A stretch of 64,000 bases of DNA from the NCBI GenBank assembly GCA_964387225.1, contig CAYLVU010000004.1, positions 233 through 64,232 of the forward strand. Direction: 5' to 3'. The DNA is from an uncultured Clostridia bacterium (lineage in GTDB: Bacteria; Bacillota; Clostridia; Christensenellales; Borkfalkiaceae). Position 1 is the stretch's first letter. Every line of letters starts with the position of its first letter. The notes beneath the pieces were generated by a model. That model did no database searches. It saw only the letters and a program-made list of their open reading frames with translations, and had not been told where the DNA came from. The translations under genes were made by a program, and so were the position numbers. Shown here piece after piece: positions 27,130-36,124 of the stretch.

Positions 27130-27368
27130 ATAAAATAAAATTGCCGAGAGAGGGAAAGAGTACTTCTCCGACTTTCCGCAGAGAGGAAAACCGCGGCTGA
27201 AAGTTTTCCGTAAGAAGGGGAAAGAAGGTGCGTCCCGCTCGTTTGAGGCACGGAGTAACGTCCGCGGCGCCCCCGTTATCGGGCACAAGAGGGGCAGAAA
27301 CGCCCAAAGTAAAGTGGAACCGCGCGCAAGGCGTCTTTATATAACGGATAAAGGCGCTTTTTTTATTA
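27130..27368 (+). promoter_or_regulatory. T-box riboswitch leader, probable Cys specifier (UGC)
   Basis: AGAGTA and AGAGAGG stem-I elements, a GGCTGAAAG distal loop, and GAAGGTGCG with a UGC codon. The T-box sequence is AGTGGAACCGCG (about 27312-27323). The terminator is AAGGCGTCTTTAT...ATAAAGGCGCTT plus T7 (27328-27367). Confidence 0.75.
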
Positions 27369-27396
27369 AGAAACGCAGGAAGGGGGGGGGAATGCC

Positions 27397-28035
27397 TTGT
27401 TTTTTTCAAGACTGCGCAAAGATATCGCGGCGGCAAAGCGGAACGACCCCGCCGCCCGCAACAAATTCGAAATATGGCTCACCTATGCGGGCGTGCACGC
27501 GCTCTCCTGGCACCGATGGGCGAACAGGCTCTACCGCATGCATCTTAAACTGCTTGCGCGCATCACTTCCCAATGGGCGAAATTCTGCACGGGGATCGAG
27601 ATCCATCCCGCCGCAAAGATTGCCGCGGGGGTGTTTATCGACCACGGCGCGGGCGTCGTCATAGGCGAGACCGCCGAGGTGGAGGAGGGCGTCGTCATCT
27701 ATCAGGGCGTGACTCTCGGCGGCACCGGAAAGGAGAAGGGAAAGCGGCACCCCACCGTGAAAAAGAACGTGACGATCTCCTGCGGCGCAAAGGTGTTGGG
27801 CGGCTTCACCGTGGGAGAGGGCGCGCGCATCGGCGCGGGCGCGGTCGTTTTGAAAGAAGTGCCGCCGTATGCGACCGTCGTGGGCGTTCCCGGGCGCGTC
27901 GTGCGGATCGGGGGAGAGAAAACGCAGGATCTCATTCCGGCAAAGGACGATCCCGTTTTGACCGAGCTTTGCGCACTCCGCGAACGGGTGTACGAGCTCG
28001 AAGAGCTCCTCGAAAGGAAGGAGGACAAATCATGA
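27397..28035 (+). CDS. cysE: serine O-acetyltransferase
   Basis: N-terminus RKDIAAAKRNDPAA, left-handed beta-helix hexapeptide repeats, and GKRHPTV. TTG start 6 nt after a G9 run. Confidence 0.9.
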   Translation: MFFSRLRKDIAAAKRNDPAARNKFEIWLTYAGVHALSWHRWANRLYRMHLKLLARITSQWAKFCTGIEIHPAAKIAAGVFIDHGAGVVIGETAEVEEGVVIYQGVTLGGTGKEKGKRHPTVKKNVTISCGAKVLGGFTVGEGARIGAGAVVLKEVPPYATVVGVPGRVVRIGGEKTQDLIPAKDDPVLTELCALRERVYELEELLERKEDKS

Positions 28036-29414
28036 AGATCTACAACACGCTCACCCGCAGAAAGGAGGAATTCGTTCCCCTCGAGGCGGGAAAGGTGAAA
28101 ATGTACGCCTGCGGGATCACCGTTTCGGGAGAAGCGCATATCGGACACGCTTTTCAGGCGCTCATTTACGATATCTTCCGCAAATTTCTCGAAAAGCAGG
28201 GCTACGAAGTAACGTATGCCCGCAACTATACGGACGTGGACGATAAAATCATCGCGAAGTCCAAAGAGACGGGCATTCCCGCCGACGAATACGCGGAAAT
28301 GATGATCGCAAAGATAGACCGCATTATGCGGGCGGCGGAGATCGACGACCCAACGCTCTGGCTGAAAGCGACGGAAAATATCGGAAACATCATCTCCTTT
28401 ATCCAAAAGCTCGTCGAAAAGGGGAGCGCTTACGCCGCGGAGAACGGAGACGTGTATTTCGACGTGGACTCCTTTCCGGCATACGGACAGCTCTCCGGAC
28501 GGGACAAGGAGGACGCGCTCGACGGCGTGCGCGTCGAGAACGACGACAGCAAGAAGAACCCTTACGACTTCGCGCTCTGGAAGGCGGCGAAGGAGGGGGA
28601 AATCTGTTGGGATTCCCCGTGGGGAAAGGGGCGCCCGGGCTGGCATATCGAATGTTCCGCCATGAACAGGGCGGCGTTCGGCGATCAGATCGACATTCAC
28701 GGCGGGGGGAGAGACCTCATTTTTCCCCATCACGAAAACGAGATCGCCCAAAGCGAAGCGCTCACGGGAAAGCGGTTTGCGAAATACTGGGTGCATAACG
28801 GCCTTATCAAGGTCAACGGGCAGAAGATGAGCAAGTCGCTGGGAAACAGCATTCTGCTCGAAGATCTGCTCGACAAATATTCCAACGAGGCGGTGAAACT
28901 CGCCCTGCTCTCGTCGGGCTACCGCGGCGACGTGAACGTGACCGACCGTCTCTTTCCCGACGCGGAGGCGCATCTTGCGCGCTTTTATACCGCAATCGCA
29001 AGGGCGGAAGAGCGCTTCCCCGACGAACAGGGCGCAGAGAGCGAGATCGACGAGAGATTCGACGAAGCGATGAGCGACGACTTCAATGCGGCGCTTGCCG
29101 TGGCGGACCTCTACGGTTATTTTAAAGAGATCGCCCGTCTTACGGCGGAGGGAGACGCCCGCGCGCGGCGCATGGTCAACCAGATCAGGAAAACCTATTC
29201 CCTCCTGGGGCTGTTCAGGAAGGACGCGAAGGAGTATTTGCGCAAGTACGCCGCGCCCGAGATCCCCGAAGAGGTGCTTCTCGTCGCCGAGGAGCGCAAG
29301 CGGGCGCGCGCCGAAAAGAACTGGGCGAAATCGGACGAGCTCCGCGAGAAAATCAAGGCGCTCGGCTATGCCGTAAAAGACGGAAAAGACGGCTATGAAC
29401 TGACGAAATTATGA
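28032..29414 (+). CDS. cysS: cysteine--tRNA ligase
   Basis: HIGH motif (EAHIGHAF) and KMSKS. The ATG overlaps the cysE stop (ATGA). Confidence 0.95.
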   Translation: MKIYNTLTRRKEEFVPLEAGKVKMYACGITVSGEAHIGHAFQALIYDIFRKFLEKQGYEVTYARNYTDVDDKIIAKSKETGIPADEYAEMMIAKIDRIMRAAEIDDPTLWLKATENIGNIISFIQKLVEKGSAYAAENGDVYFDVDSFPAYGQLSGRDKEDALDGVRVENDDSKKNPYDFALWKAAKEGEICWDSPWGKGRPGWHIECSAMNRAAFGDQIDIHGGGRDLIFPHHENEIAQSEALTGKRFAKYWVHNGLIKVNGQKMSKSLGNSILLEDLLDKYSNEAVKLALLSSGYRGDVNVTDRLFPDAEAHLARFYTAIARAEERFPDEQGAESEIDERFDEAMSDDFNAALAVADLYGYFKEIARLTAEGDARARRMVNQIRKTYSLLGLFRKDAKEYLRKYAAPEIPEEVLLVAEERKRARAEKNWAKSDELREKIKALGYAVKDGKDGYELTKL

Positions 29415-29440
29415 AAAATGCGGGAAGAAAGGAGCAAGAT

Positions 29441-31255
29441 ATGAAAATCACATCAAAGGAATTAAGACAGAAATGGATTTCCTTTTACGAGAGCAAGGGG
29501 CACGTCGATATCGGCGCGGTCTCTTTGATCGGCGACGGCAGTACGGGGGTCATGTTCAACGTGGCGGGAATGCAGCCGCTCATGCCCTATTTGCTGGGGA
29601 AGCCCCATCCCTCCGGGAAGACCCGTCTCTGCAACGTGCAGGGGTGCGTGCGCACGGTGGATATCGACGCCGTGGGGGATTCCTCCCATTTTACCTTCTT
29701 CGAAATGATGGGGAACTGGTCGCTCGGCGACTACTTCAAGACGGAGAAGACCGCCTGGACGTTCGAGCTGTTGACGAAGGAGTTCGGTCTCGACAAGGAC
29801 AAGCTGTGCACGACGGTGTTCGAGGGGAACGGGAGCGTTCCGCGCGACAACGAGACGGCAAATCTCCTCATCGGGCTCGGAATCAAGCCCGAGCACGTAT
29901 TTTTTCTCCCCAAGGAGGACAACTGGTGGGAGCTCGAGGGCACGGTGGGAACGCCGTGCGGTCCGGACAACGAATGGTTTTATCCGCTTGACGCGGGCAA
30001 GGAGAATCCCGTATTCCCCGACGACTACGTTGAGATCGGAAACGACGTGTATATGCAGTATAAGAAGACGGAGGACGGTTACGCCGCGCTCGAAAACAAG
30101 AACGTGGACACCGGCTTCGGCTTCGACCGTATGCTGCTCTTTCTCAACGGACTCGACGACGGCTATAAGACCGACCTCTTTTTTGCAGTCATCTCCGCGC
30201 TCGAAGAGATGTCCGGGAAGCGCTACGACGAGGACGCCGCGGCGCGCAAGGCGATGCGGATCATCGCCGACCATACGCGCACGACGGTCATGCTCATCGG
30301 CGACAGGGAGGGGGTTTTGCCCTCCAACACGGGCGCAGGCTATATTCTGCGCCGCATCATGCGCCGCGCCATCCGCTATTGCAGACAGCTGAACGTAGGA
30401 AGCGACGCGCTCATACGGGCGGCGAGAATCTTTATCGAGGAGATCTACGGCGAGGCGTTTCCCCTGCTCAAAGAGAAAGAGGAGTACATTCTCGGCGAAA
30501 TCAAAAAGGAGGCGGAGCGCTTCGACGCGACGCTCGCGCAGGGGATCAAGGAATTTGAAAAATGTATCAACGGCATCGAACGCAAGAACGAATTTATGTC
30601 CCAAAACGACCCCGCCTATCGGAGGGAAACGGTCATCGGGGGCAAGGCGGCGTTCCGTCTTTACGACACCTACGGCTTCCCCCTCGAGCTCACGCAGGAG
30701 CTCGCGCTGGAACGGGGATATGAGGTCGATCGGGAGGGGTTCGACGCGGCGTTTAAGGAGCATCAGGAAAAGAGCCGCGTGCTCGCCGCGGGACAGTATA
30801 AGGGCGGTCTCGAGAGTCATTCGGAAGCGGCGACGAAATACCACACGGCGACGCATCTTTTGAACGCCGCGCTCAAAGCCGTGCTTTCGCCCGACTGTAA
30901 TCAGAAGGGGAGCAACATTACGGACGAGCGCATGCGCTTCGATTTCAACTTCCCCCGCGCCATGACGGAGGAGGAGATCAGGGCGGTGGAGGCGCTCGTC
31001 AACGAAAAAATCGCGGAAGACATCCCCGTCGTTTACCGCGAAATGAGCCTCGAAGAGGCGCGCGCGGAGCATTTCGTGGGCGTGTTCGACAGCAAGTACG
31101 GCGACGTCGTAAAGACCTATTCCATCGGCGAGTTTTCCAAGGAGATGTGCGGCGGTCCTCACGTGGAGCGGACGGGCGTTTTGGGACGCTTTAAAATCGT
31201 CAAAGAACAGTCCTCGGCGGCGGGGATCAGGAGAATCAAGGCGGTTTTGGAATAA
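29441..31255 (+). CDS. alanine--tRNA ligase-like protein, short form (604 aa; catalytic, tRNA-recognition and editing cores present, no C-Ala domain)
   Basis: Start at ATG 29441 after RBS AAAGGAG. Motifs include FNVAGMQPL, CVRT, FFEMMGNWSLGDYFK, PCGPDNE, VDTGFGFDRM, IADHTRT, HTATHLL and CGGPHV. Confidence 0.8.
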   Translation: MKITSKELRQKWISFYESKGHVDIGAVSLIGDGSTGVMFNVAGMQPLMPYLLGKPHPSGKTRLCNVQGCVRTVDIDAVGDSSHFTFFEMMGNWSLGDYFKTEKTAWTFELLTKEFGLDKDKLCTTVFEGNGSVPRDNETANLLIGLGIKPEHVFFLPKEDNWWELEGTVGTPCGPDNEWFYPLDAGKENPVFPDDYVEIGNDVYMQYKKTEDGYAALENKNVDTGFGFDRMLLFLNGLDDGYKTDLFFAVISALEEMSGKRYDEDAAARKAMRIIADHTRTTVMLIGDREGVLPSNTGAGYILRRIMRRAIRYCRQLNVGSDALIRAARIFIEEIYGEAFPLLKEKEEYILGEIKKEAERFDATLAQGIKEFEKCINGIERKNEFMSQNDPAYRRETVIGGKAAFRLYDTYGFPLELTQELALERGYEVDREGFDAAFKEHQEKSRVLAAGQYKGGLESHSEAATKYHTATHLLNAALKAVLSPDCNQKGSNITDERMRFDFNFPRAMTEEEIRAVEALVNEKIAEDIPVVYREMSLEEARAEHFVGVFDSKYGDVVKTYSIGEFSKEMCGGPHVERTGVLGRFKIVKEQSSAAGIRRIKAVLE

Positions 31256-31358
31256 AACATGCCGAAAGGCGAAAAAAAGCGGGCGGATGAGGGAATTCTC
31301 CGCCCGAAAAAATTTTGAATTTTTCCGAAAAAATCTTGATTTTGAAAGTCAAAACAGC

Positions 31359-31387
31359 TTGACGGAATATTCCCGAACGCCTATAAT
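31359..31387 (+). promoter_or_regulatory. consensus sigma-A promoter of rplM-rpsI
   Basis: TTGACG (31359-31364), 17 nt, TATAAT (31382-31387). Confidence 0.65.
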
Positions 31388-31393
31388 GGGAAG

Positions 31394-31476
31394 GTACACA
31401 GCGGCAGAAGCCCATCTCACGCGGGAAAAGCCGCACGGACAACGAAGTTAACAGGAAGGTCAAGGAGTTATAAAAC
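31394..31476 (+). promoter_or_regulatory. 5' leader of rplM (possible L13-type ribosomal leader)
   Basis: An untranslated leader of about 85 nt with pairing potential. The assignment rests on position only and no covariance model was run. Confidence 0.25.
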
Positions 31477-31908
31477 ATGAAAACCTATATGGCAAACGCG
31501 CAGACGGTGGAACGGAAATGGTACGTCGTAGACGCAGAAGGAGTCCCTCTCGGGAGACTTGCCTCCAAGGTCGCGGCGATTCTGCGCGGAAAAAACAAAC
31601 CCTGCTTCACGCCGAATGTGGACACGGGGGACTTTGTGATCGTTATCAACAGCGATAAGGTCGTCCTCACGGGGAAAAAGCTCGAGGACAAATATTACCG
31701 TTATCATACCGGCTACATCGGAGGGCTCAAAGAGATCTCCTACGGAAAGCTGATGGCGGAGCGGAGCGACCTTGCCGTTTACGAAGCGGTGAAGGGCATG
31801 CTTCCCAAAAATTCTTTGGGCAGGCAAATGATCAAAAAGCTGCGCGTCTATAAGGGTGCGGAGCACAATCATGCGGCGCAGAAGCCCGAAGCGTTAAAAT
31901 TATTTTAA
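31477..31908 (+). CDS. rplM: 50S ribosomal protein L13
   Basis: [25 protein letters not shown]...; full-length L13. Confidence 0.97.
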   Translation: MKTYMANAQTVERKWYVVDAEGVPLGRLASKVAAILRGKNKPCFTPNVDTGDFVIVINSDKVVLTGKKLEDKYYRYHTGYIGGLKEISYGKLMAERSDLAVYEAVKGMLPKNSLGRQMIKKLRVYKGAEHNHAAQKPEALKLF

Positions 31909-31920
31909 GGAGTATCGGTC

Positions 31921-32334
31921 ATGACGAAAACGACTTTGAAAAAGAAAATTCAATTTTGGGGCACCGGCAGAAGAAAGAAGGCGATTGCGCGCGTCAGGCT
32001 TATCCCTTCGGGAAGCGGCGCCATCGTGATCAACGACAGAACGCTGGAAGACTATTTTCCCATGGGAACCCTTCAATATATCGTAAAACAGCCTCTTGCG
32101 GAAGTGCAGGCGGAGGGGAAATACGATATCTACGTCAACGTCATCGGCGGCGGTTATACCGGTCAGGCAGGCGCGATCCGTCTCGGGATTGCGCGCGCGC
32201 TCCTTCAGTCGGAGCCCGAAACCCGTTCCGCGCTCAAAAAGGCGGGCTTCCTCACCCGCGACCCCCGCGTCAAGGAGAGAAAGAAGTACGGTCTCAAAAA
32301 AGCGCGCCGCGCTCCTCAGTTCTCCAAGAGATAA
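31921..32334 (+). CDS. rpsI: 30S ribosomal protein S9
   Basis: [14 protein letters not shown]...[19 protein letters not shown]...[17 protein letters not shown]. Confidence 0.97.
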   Translation: MTKTTLKKKIQFWGTGRRKKAIARVRLIPSGSGAIVINDRTLEDYFPMGTLQYIVKQPLAEVQAEGKYDIYVNVIGGGYTGQAGAIRLGIARALLQSEPETRSALKKAGFLTRDPRVKERKKYGLKKARRAPQFSKR

Positions 32335-32350
32335 TTTCAAAACCCAAAAG

Positions 32351-32385
32351 CGCCGACCGCAAAAACGGTCGGCGTCGTTATATTT
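32351..32385 (+). terminator. intrinsic terminator of rplM-rpsI
   Basis: CGCCGACCG (32351-32359) pairs with CGGTCGGCG (32366-32374), followed by a T-rich tail. Confidence 0.65.
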
Positions 32386-32400
32386 CAAAAGGAGCTGCCA

Positions 32401-33231
32401 ATGGTTTACGAGAGGATTGATTTGTACGAGTATTTTCGGCTTCCGCGCGGAAAAAATACGGGCGGATATCTCAGCGTATACGCGCACGGGCGGGAGGCGG
32501 ATCTTCCCGCGAGAATAAGACCCGCTATGCTCGTGATTCCCGGCGGGGGCTACACCTTCGTGAGCGGACGGGAGGGCTCTCCCGTCGCCGTACGGTTTTT
32601 CTCGAAGGGGTATAGCGCGTTCGTGCTCTCGTATACCGTGAAAGCGGTGTACCCTTCGCCGCTTATCGAGGGCGGAATGGCGATGGCGTATATCCGCGAA
32701 AACGCGGAAAAATACGACGTCGATCCCGCGCACGTCGGCGCCGTGGGATTTTCGGCGGGCGGACATCTTGCGGGAATGCTCGCGACGATGTTCGGGGACG
32801 GGCATTTAAAAGAGGCGTTAAAGGATCGCCCTGTCCGTCCCGACGCGGTAATTTTGTCCTATCCCGTCGTTACGACGGGCAGCAAGACGCACGGCGGTAC
32901 CGCCGAGACCGTTTCGGGCGGGGACGAAACGCTCAAAGCCCGCCTCTCGATCGAGAAGCGGGTGACGGGAGAGAGCTCCCCCGCGTTTATCTGGCACACT
33001 TACGGGGACGATTGCGTTCCCGTGGAAAACGCTCTTCTGCTGGCGTCGGCGTACAGAAACGCGAACGTCCCCTGCGAATTGCACGTCTTCGAACACGGAT
33101 GGCACGGACTTTCGCTCGTGAGCCGCGAAGAGAACGATGTACTCGACGCTGCGGTTGCGCGCAACGCGGTCTGGACCGAGCTGGCGTTCGGATGGCTGGA
33201 GGCGAGGGGATTCGCGGTCCGCGACCGTTGA
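32401..33231 (+). CDS. alpha/beta hydrolase (esterase/lipase, acetylesterase-like)
   Basis: Oxyanion-type VIPGGGY and the nucleophile elbow GFSAGGHLA. Confidence 0.8.
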   Translation: MVYERIDLYEYFRLPRGKNTGGYLSVYAHGREADLPARIRPAMLVIPGGGYTFVSGREGSPVAVRFFSKGYSAFVLSYTVKAVYPSPLIEGGMAMAYIRENAEKYDVDPAHVGAVGFSAGGHLAGMLATMFGDGHLKEALKDRPVRPDAVILSYPVVTTGSKTHGGTAETVSGGDETLKARLSIEKRVTGESSPAFIWHTYGDDCVPVENALLLASAYRNANVPCELHVFEHGWHGLSLVSREENDVLDAAVARNAVWTELAFGWLEARGFAVRDR

Positions 33232-33232
33232 G

Positions 33233-33442
33233 TTATTTTTTGCCGTCGATTTTTTTGGAAAGCGCTTCGTGCCGCTCCATAAAGGCGGCGAGCGCGGCGC
33301 GGTCCCGTTCCCGTCCGTCCGAAGGGGTTGGTTCCGCGGTTGCCGCGGGAACTTCCCCGCCGTCGCGGGTTTGCCCGCCTTCGGTCGGCGCCGAGAGCGC
33401 GGAGAGTGCGTCGAGCAGTTCGAAGATGCCGAATTTTTCCAT
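33233..33442 (-). CDS. small hypothetical protein (69 aa)
   Basis: Start set at ATG 33442 with GGAG 8 nt upstream. It is convergent with the esterase. No family was recognised. Confidence 0.4.
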   Translation of the reverse strand: MEKFGIFELLDALSALSAPTEGGQTRDGGEVPAATAEPTPSDGRERDRAALAAFMERHEALSKKIDGKK

Positions 33443-33501
33443 AAAAAACGCTCCGATTGCAAATTTTAATGAGAAAAGTGCAAAATCCCACGGGGTTTTG
33501 A

Positions 33502-33530
33502 TTGCCAAAACCCACGTTTTAGTATATAAT
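33502..33530 (+). promoter_or_regulatory. sigma-A promoter
   Basis: TTGCCA (33502-33507), 17 nt, TATAAT (33525-33530). Confidence 0.55.
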
Positions 33531-33569
33531 AGAAAACGTATCGTTAGAACAAAACGGCAGGAAACATTC

Positions 33570-35942
33570 ATGCGAAAAGGATTTCATAAACTGATAGGGA
33601 TTGCCGCGGCGGCGGTTATGGCGGTAAGCGCCGTTTCGCTTTCCGCGTGCGGGGCGAGTTTTACTCCGCTCGAAGGGGATTATTCGTCCCCGACGGCTGC
33701 GGTTTCCAACGGCGGTTTCGTCGTGGAGTACGGAAAATACGTCTACTTTATCAACGGCGTGGAGACGTACACCTCGGACAACACCTACGGCGAACCCGTA
33801 AAGGGCGCTTTGATGCGGATTCTCAAGAGCGACCTTCTTGCGGGCAACAACAATTCGGAGACGGTAATCCCGTCCCTTATGGTCGCTTCGGACTACACCT
33901 CGGGCATCTATATCTATGACGGCAGAGTGTATTACGCGACGCCGAACAACGTCAAAAACACCTCCGGTCAGATCGAAAACGACTATCTCGACTTCAAGAG
34001 CGCAAAGCTCGACGGGTCGGATATCCAGAATTATTTACGCGTTTCCGACAATTCGACCGTGTACCGCTATGTGCAGACAGAAGAGGGGGGCACCGTATAT
34101 ATCATCTATGCGGACGGCTCTTCCCTCTACTCCTACAACACCTCTTCGAAGGAGGACACCGAGCTTGCCGCAGGCGTCGGCGCGTACGTTCTCAACAGTA
34201 CGGACAAGACCGATCCCTACTTCTATTATACGATGAGCGTGCAGGACGATTTGGATACGGACGCAAGCTCCACGACGCGCAACTACAATCAGATTTACCG
34301 CGTGCGCGCGGACGTCGTGGAAGCTCCCTACGAATACACCTGGGACGAGGAATACCTCGAAGACAACGACGGCGAGGCGCCCTATACCAACCTCGGTACG
34401 ATCGTGCTCGACGGGATCGGCAGCAGCTATAAGGATAATTTGTCCCAGTTCACGCACGACAGCCTCGAAGGGGTCACCCTTCCTCCCGTAGGTTATACCT
34501 ACTCCCTGCAGTCCTACACGAACGGCGGGATCTATTTTACCCGCACGGACGCGACTTCTGCGGGCGATACGACGGGGGCGGCGGCTTCTCTCTATTACCT
34601 GTCTTGTTCCGATCTTGCGGACGGCTGGAACTCGGTGAAGGGCAATTCGGGCGACGTGCTGGACGTCGTTGCGCAGTCCACCAACACCTCCAAGGCGTCC
34701 TCCGCCGCAATTTTCTATCTCGACGGTAACGGAAATCACCACTATCTCTATGTGGACGGAAGCAGTATCTACCGCGCCGACGTCATGTCGGACGGCTCGG
34801 GCGAAAACGAGACGGAACAGGAGATCTGCTACGACGCGAGCGGCGCGACGCTCATCTCCGTCGAATCGGACGGCACGTACGATTACGTCTGGTTTACCCG
34901 TTCCAACGGCAGCGGCTATTCTGTGGAGCGCGCCGTGTATAACGGAAGCGCGCACGACTACGACGTTCTCCAATATACGGGCGAGGGCGGCGTCGAGGAC
35001 AACTCCCCCTATCAGACGGTCAAGGTGCTCGATTTGCAGCACGCGAGCGGCTGGTACAACTTCGAAGTGATCGACGACGTCGTGTTTATCGCGGACGCCG
35101 AGCCCGTCGGCTCCACTTCGTACAATTATGCGGCGGCGGTCAATCTGAGCGGACTCACGAACGATGGGATCGAAAAGCTCAACGACAAATACAACGAGCT
35201 CATGAGTTCGGATACCAAGGTGGGATATTTTGCAAAGCTGACGGCGGATAACGACAACGATTCCACGCTTTCCACCGCGTTGAAGTATTACTTCTATACG
35301 GGTAAGACGGAGCAGTTCTACGAGAATATCGAGTCGGCGGTCGAAGCGGGCAAGAAGGATACCTATCTCTACACCGAGGAGGAGCAGAGCGCGTTTGCAT
35401 CTTACACCGCCGATCCCGCGACGGGCGCGACGGCGGGAATGTTCATCGACGAGGACGGCAAATCCTACCGCGTCCGCAGCTACTTTATTATGGCGCTCGG
35501 CGAAATTACCGAGGACGATCAGGAAGCAATCGACAGCTATTGGGAGACCACCCTCGAACGGTATTCTCCCGTTGAAGAGGAAGAAACGCTCGAGGATTGG
35601 GAATGGGCGCTCATCGCGATTGCGATCGCGCTTGTCGTCATCGGAGGCGCCGTGGGCGTCGGCTTGTTTGTCAAGAAGCGTAAGGCGAAGAAGCCCCAAG
35701 AAGAGAGACTCAAGGTCGACACGACGGACGACAGAAGCGTGAACGTCTATGCGCCGGAAGAGGAAACCGAGGATGCGGAGGAGCCCGATTCGGAATCCGC
35801 CGAAGAAGAAACGCCCGCGGAGGAGCCCGATTCGGAACCCGCCGAAGAAGAAATGCCCGCGGATGAGCCCGATTCGGAGCCCGCCGAAGAGGCGCCTGCG
35901 GAAGACGGTTCGGGTGAAAAAAGCGAAGGTCAAGACGAATAA
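33570..35942 (+). CDS. large lipoprotein (790 aa), beta-propeller-like (DUF5050/YWTD-like repeats), with a C-terminal TM helix and an acidic repeat tail
   Basis: Start at ATG 33570. Lipobox AVSLSAC. Recurrent aromatic motifs include YVYFING, IYIYDGRVYYA, VYIIYADGSSLYSY and YLYVDGSSIYRA. The TM helix is WEWALIAIAIALVVIGGAVGVGLFV, followed by KKRKAKK. Confidence 0.7.
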   Translation: MRKGFHKLIGIAAAAVMAVSAVSLSACGASFTPLEGDYSSPTAAVSNGGFVVEYGKYVYFINGVETYTSDNTYGEPVKGALMRILKSDLLAGNNNSETVIPSLMVASDYTSGIYIYDGRVYYATPNNVKNTSGQIENDYLDFKSAKLDGSDIQNYLRVSDNSTVYRYVQTEEGGTVYIIYADGSSLYSYNTSSKEDTELAAGVGAYVLNSTDKTDPYFYYTMSVQDDLDTDASSTTRNYNQIYRVRADVVEAPYEYTWDEEYLEDNDGEAPYTNLGTIVLDGIGSSYKDNLSQFTHDSLEGVTLPPVGYTYSLQSYTNGGIYFTRTDATSAGDTTGAAASLYYLSCSDLADGWNSVKGNSGDVLDVVAQSTNTSKASSAAIFYLDGNGNHHYLYVDGSSIYRADVMSDGSGENETEQEICYDASGATLISVESDGTYDYVWFTRSNGSGYSVERAVYNGSAHDYDVLQYTGEGGVEDNSPYQTVKVLDLQHASGWYNFEVIDDVVFIADAEPVGSTSYNYAAAVNLSGLTNDGIEKLNDKYNELMSSDTKVGYFAKLTADNDNDSTLSTALKYYFYTGKTEQFYENIESAVEAGKKDTYLYTEEEQSAFASYTADPATGATAGMFIDEDGKSYRVRSYFIMALGEITEDDQEAIDSYWETTLERYSPVEEEETLEDWEWALIAIAIALVVIGGAVGVGLFVKKRKAKKPQEERLKVDTTDDRSVNVYAPEEETEDAEEPDSESAEEETPAEEPDSEPAEEEMPADEPDSEPAEEAPAEDGSGEKSEGQDE
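35778..35900 (+). repeat. 42-bp in-frame tandem repeat (about 2.9 copies) encoding EEPDSE(S/P)AEEE(T/M)PA
   Basis: Units at 35778-35819 and 35820-35861, plus a partial third unit from 35862. They differ at a few bases. Confidence 0.85.
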
Positions 35943-35975
35943 AAAAATCCCGCAACGCCGTTGCGGGATTTTTTA
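35943..35975 (+). terminator. intrinsic terminator
   Basis: ATCCCGCAAC (35947-35956) pairs with GTTGCGGGAT (35960-35969), followed by T5. Confidence 0.8.
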
Positions 35976-36065
35976 CTTTAAACCGAAATTCGGCGAAAAA
36001 GAGAGGCTGCAGAGAAAAAAACAGACGGAAAATAAAAACTTTTTTCCAAAACGCATAAAAAACAG

Positions 36066-36094
36066 TTTACAAAAAAAATAATAACTAATATAAT
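36066..36094 (+). promoter_or_regulatory. sigma-A promoter
   Basis: TTTACA (36066-36071), 17 nt, TATAAT (36089-36094). Confidence 0.55.
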
Positions 36095-36124
36095 TTATTA
36101 ACTATTAAGCGGGGAGGAAAGTTT

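Noticed and set aside
35778-35900. Tandem 42-bp repeats considered as a possible CRISPR or minisatellite array.
   Set aside because: The repeats are directly adjacent with no spacers, in frame, and encode the acidic tail of the lipoprotein. This is not a CRISPR array. No CRISPR-like repeat-spacer structure was seen anywhere in the window.
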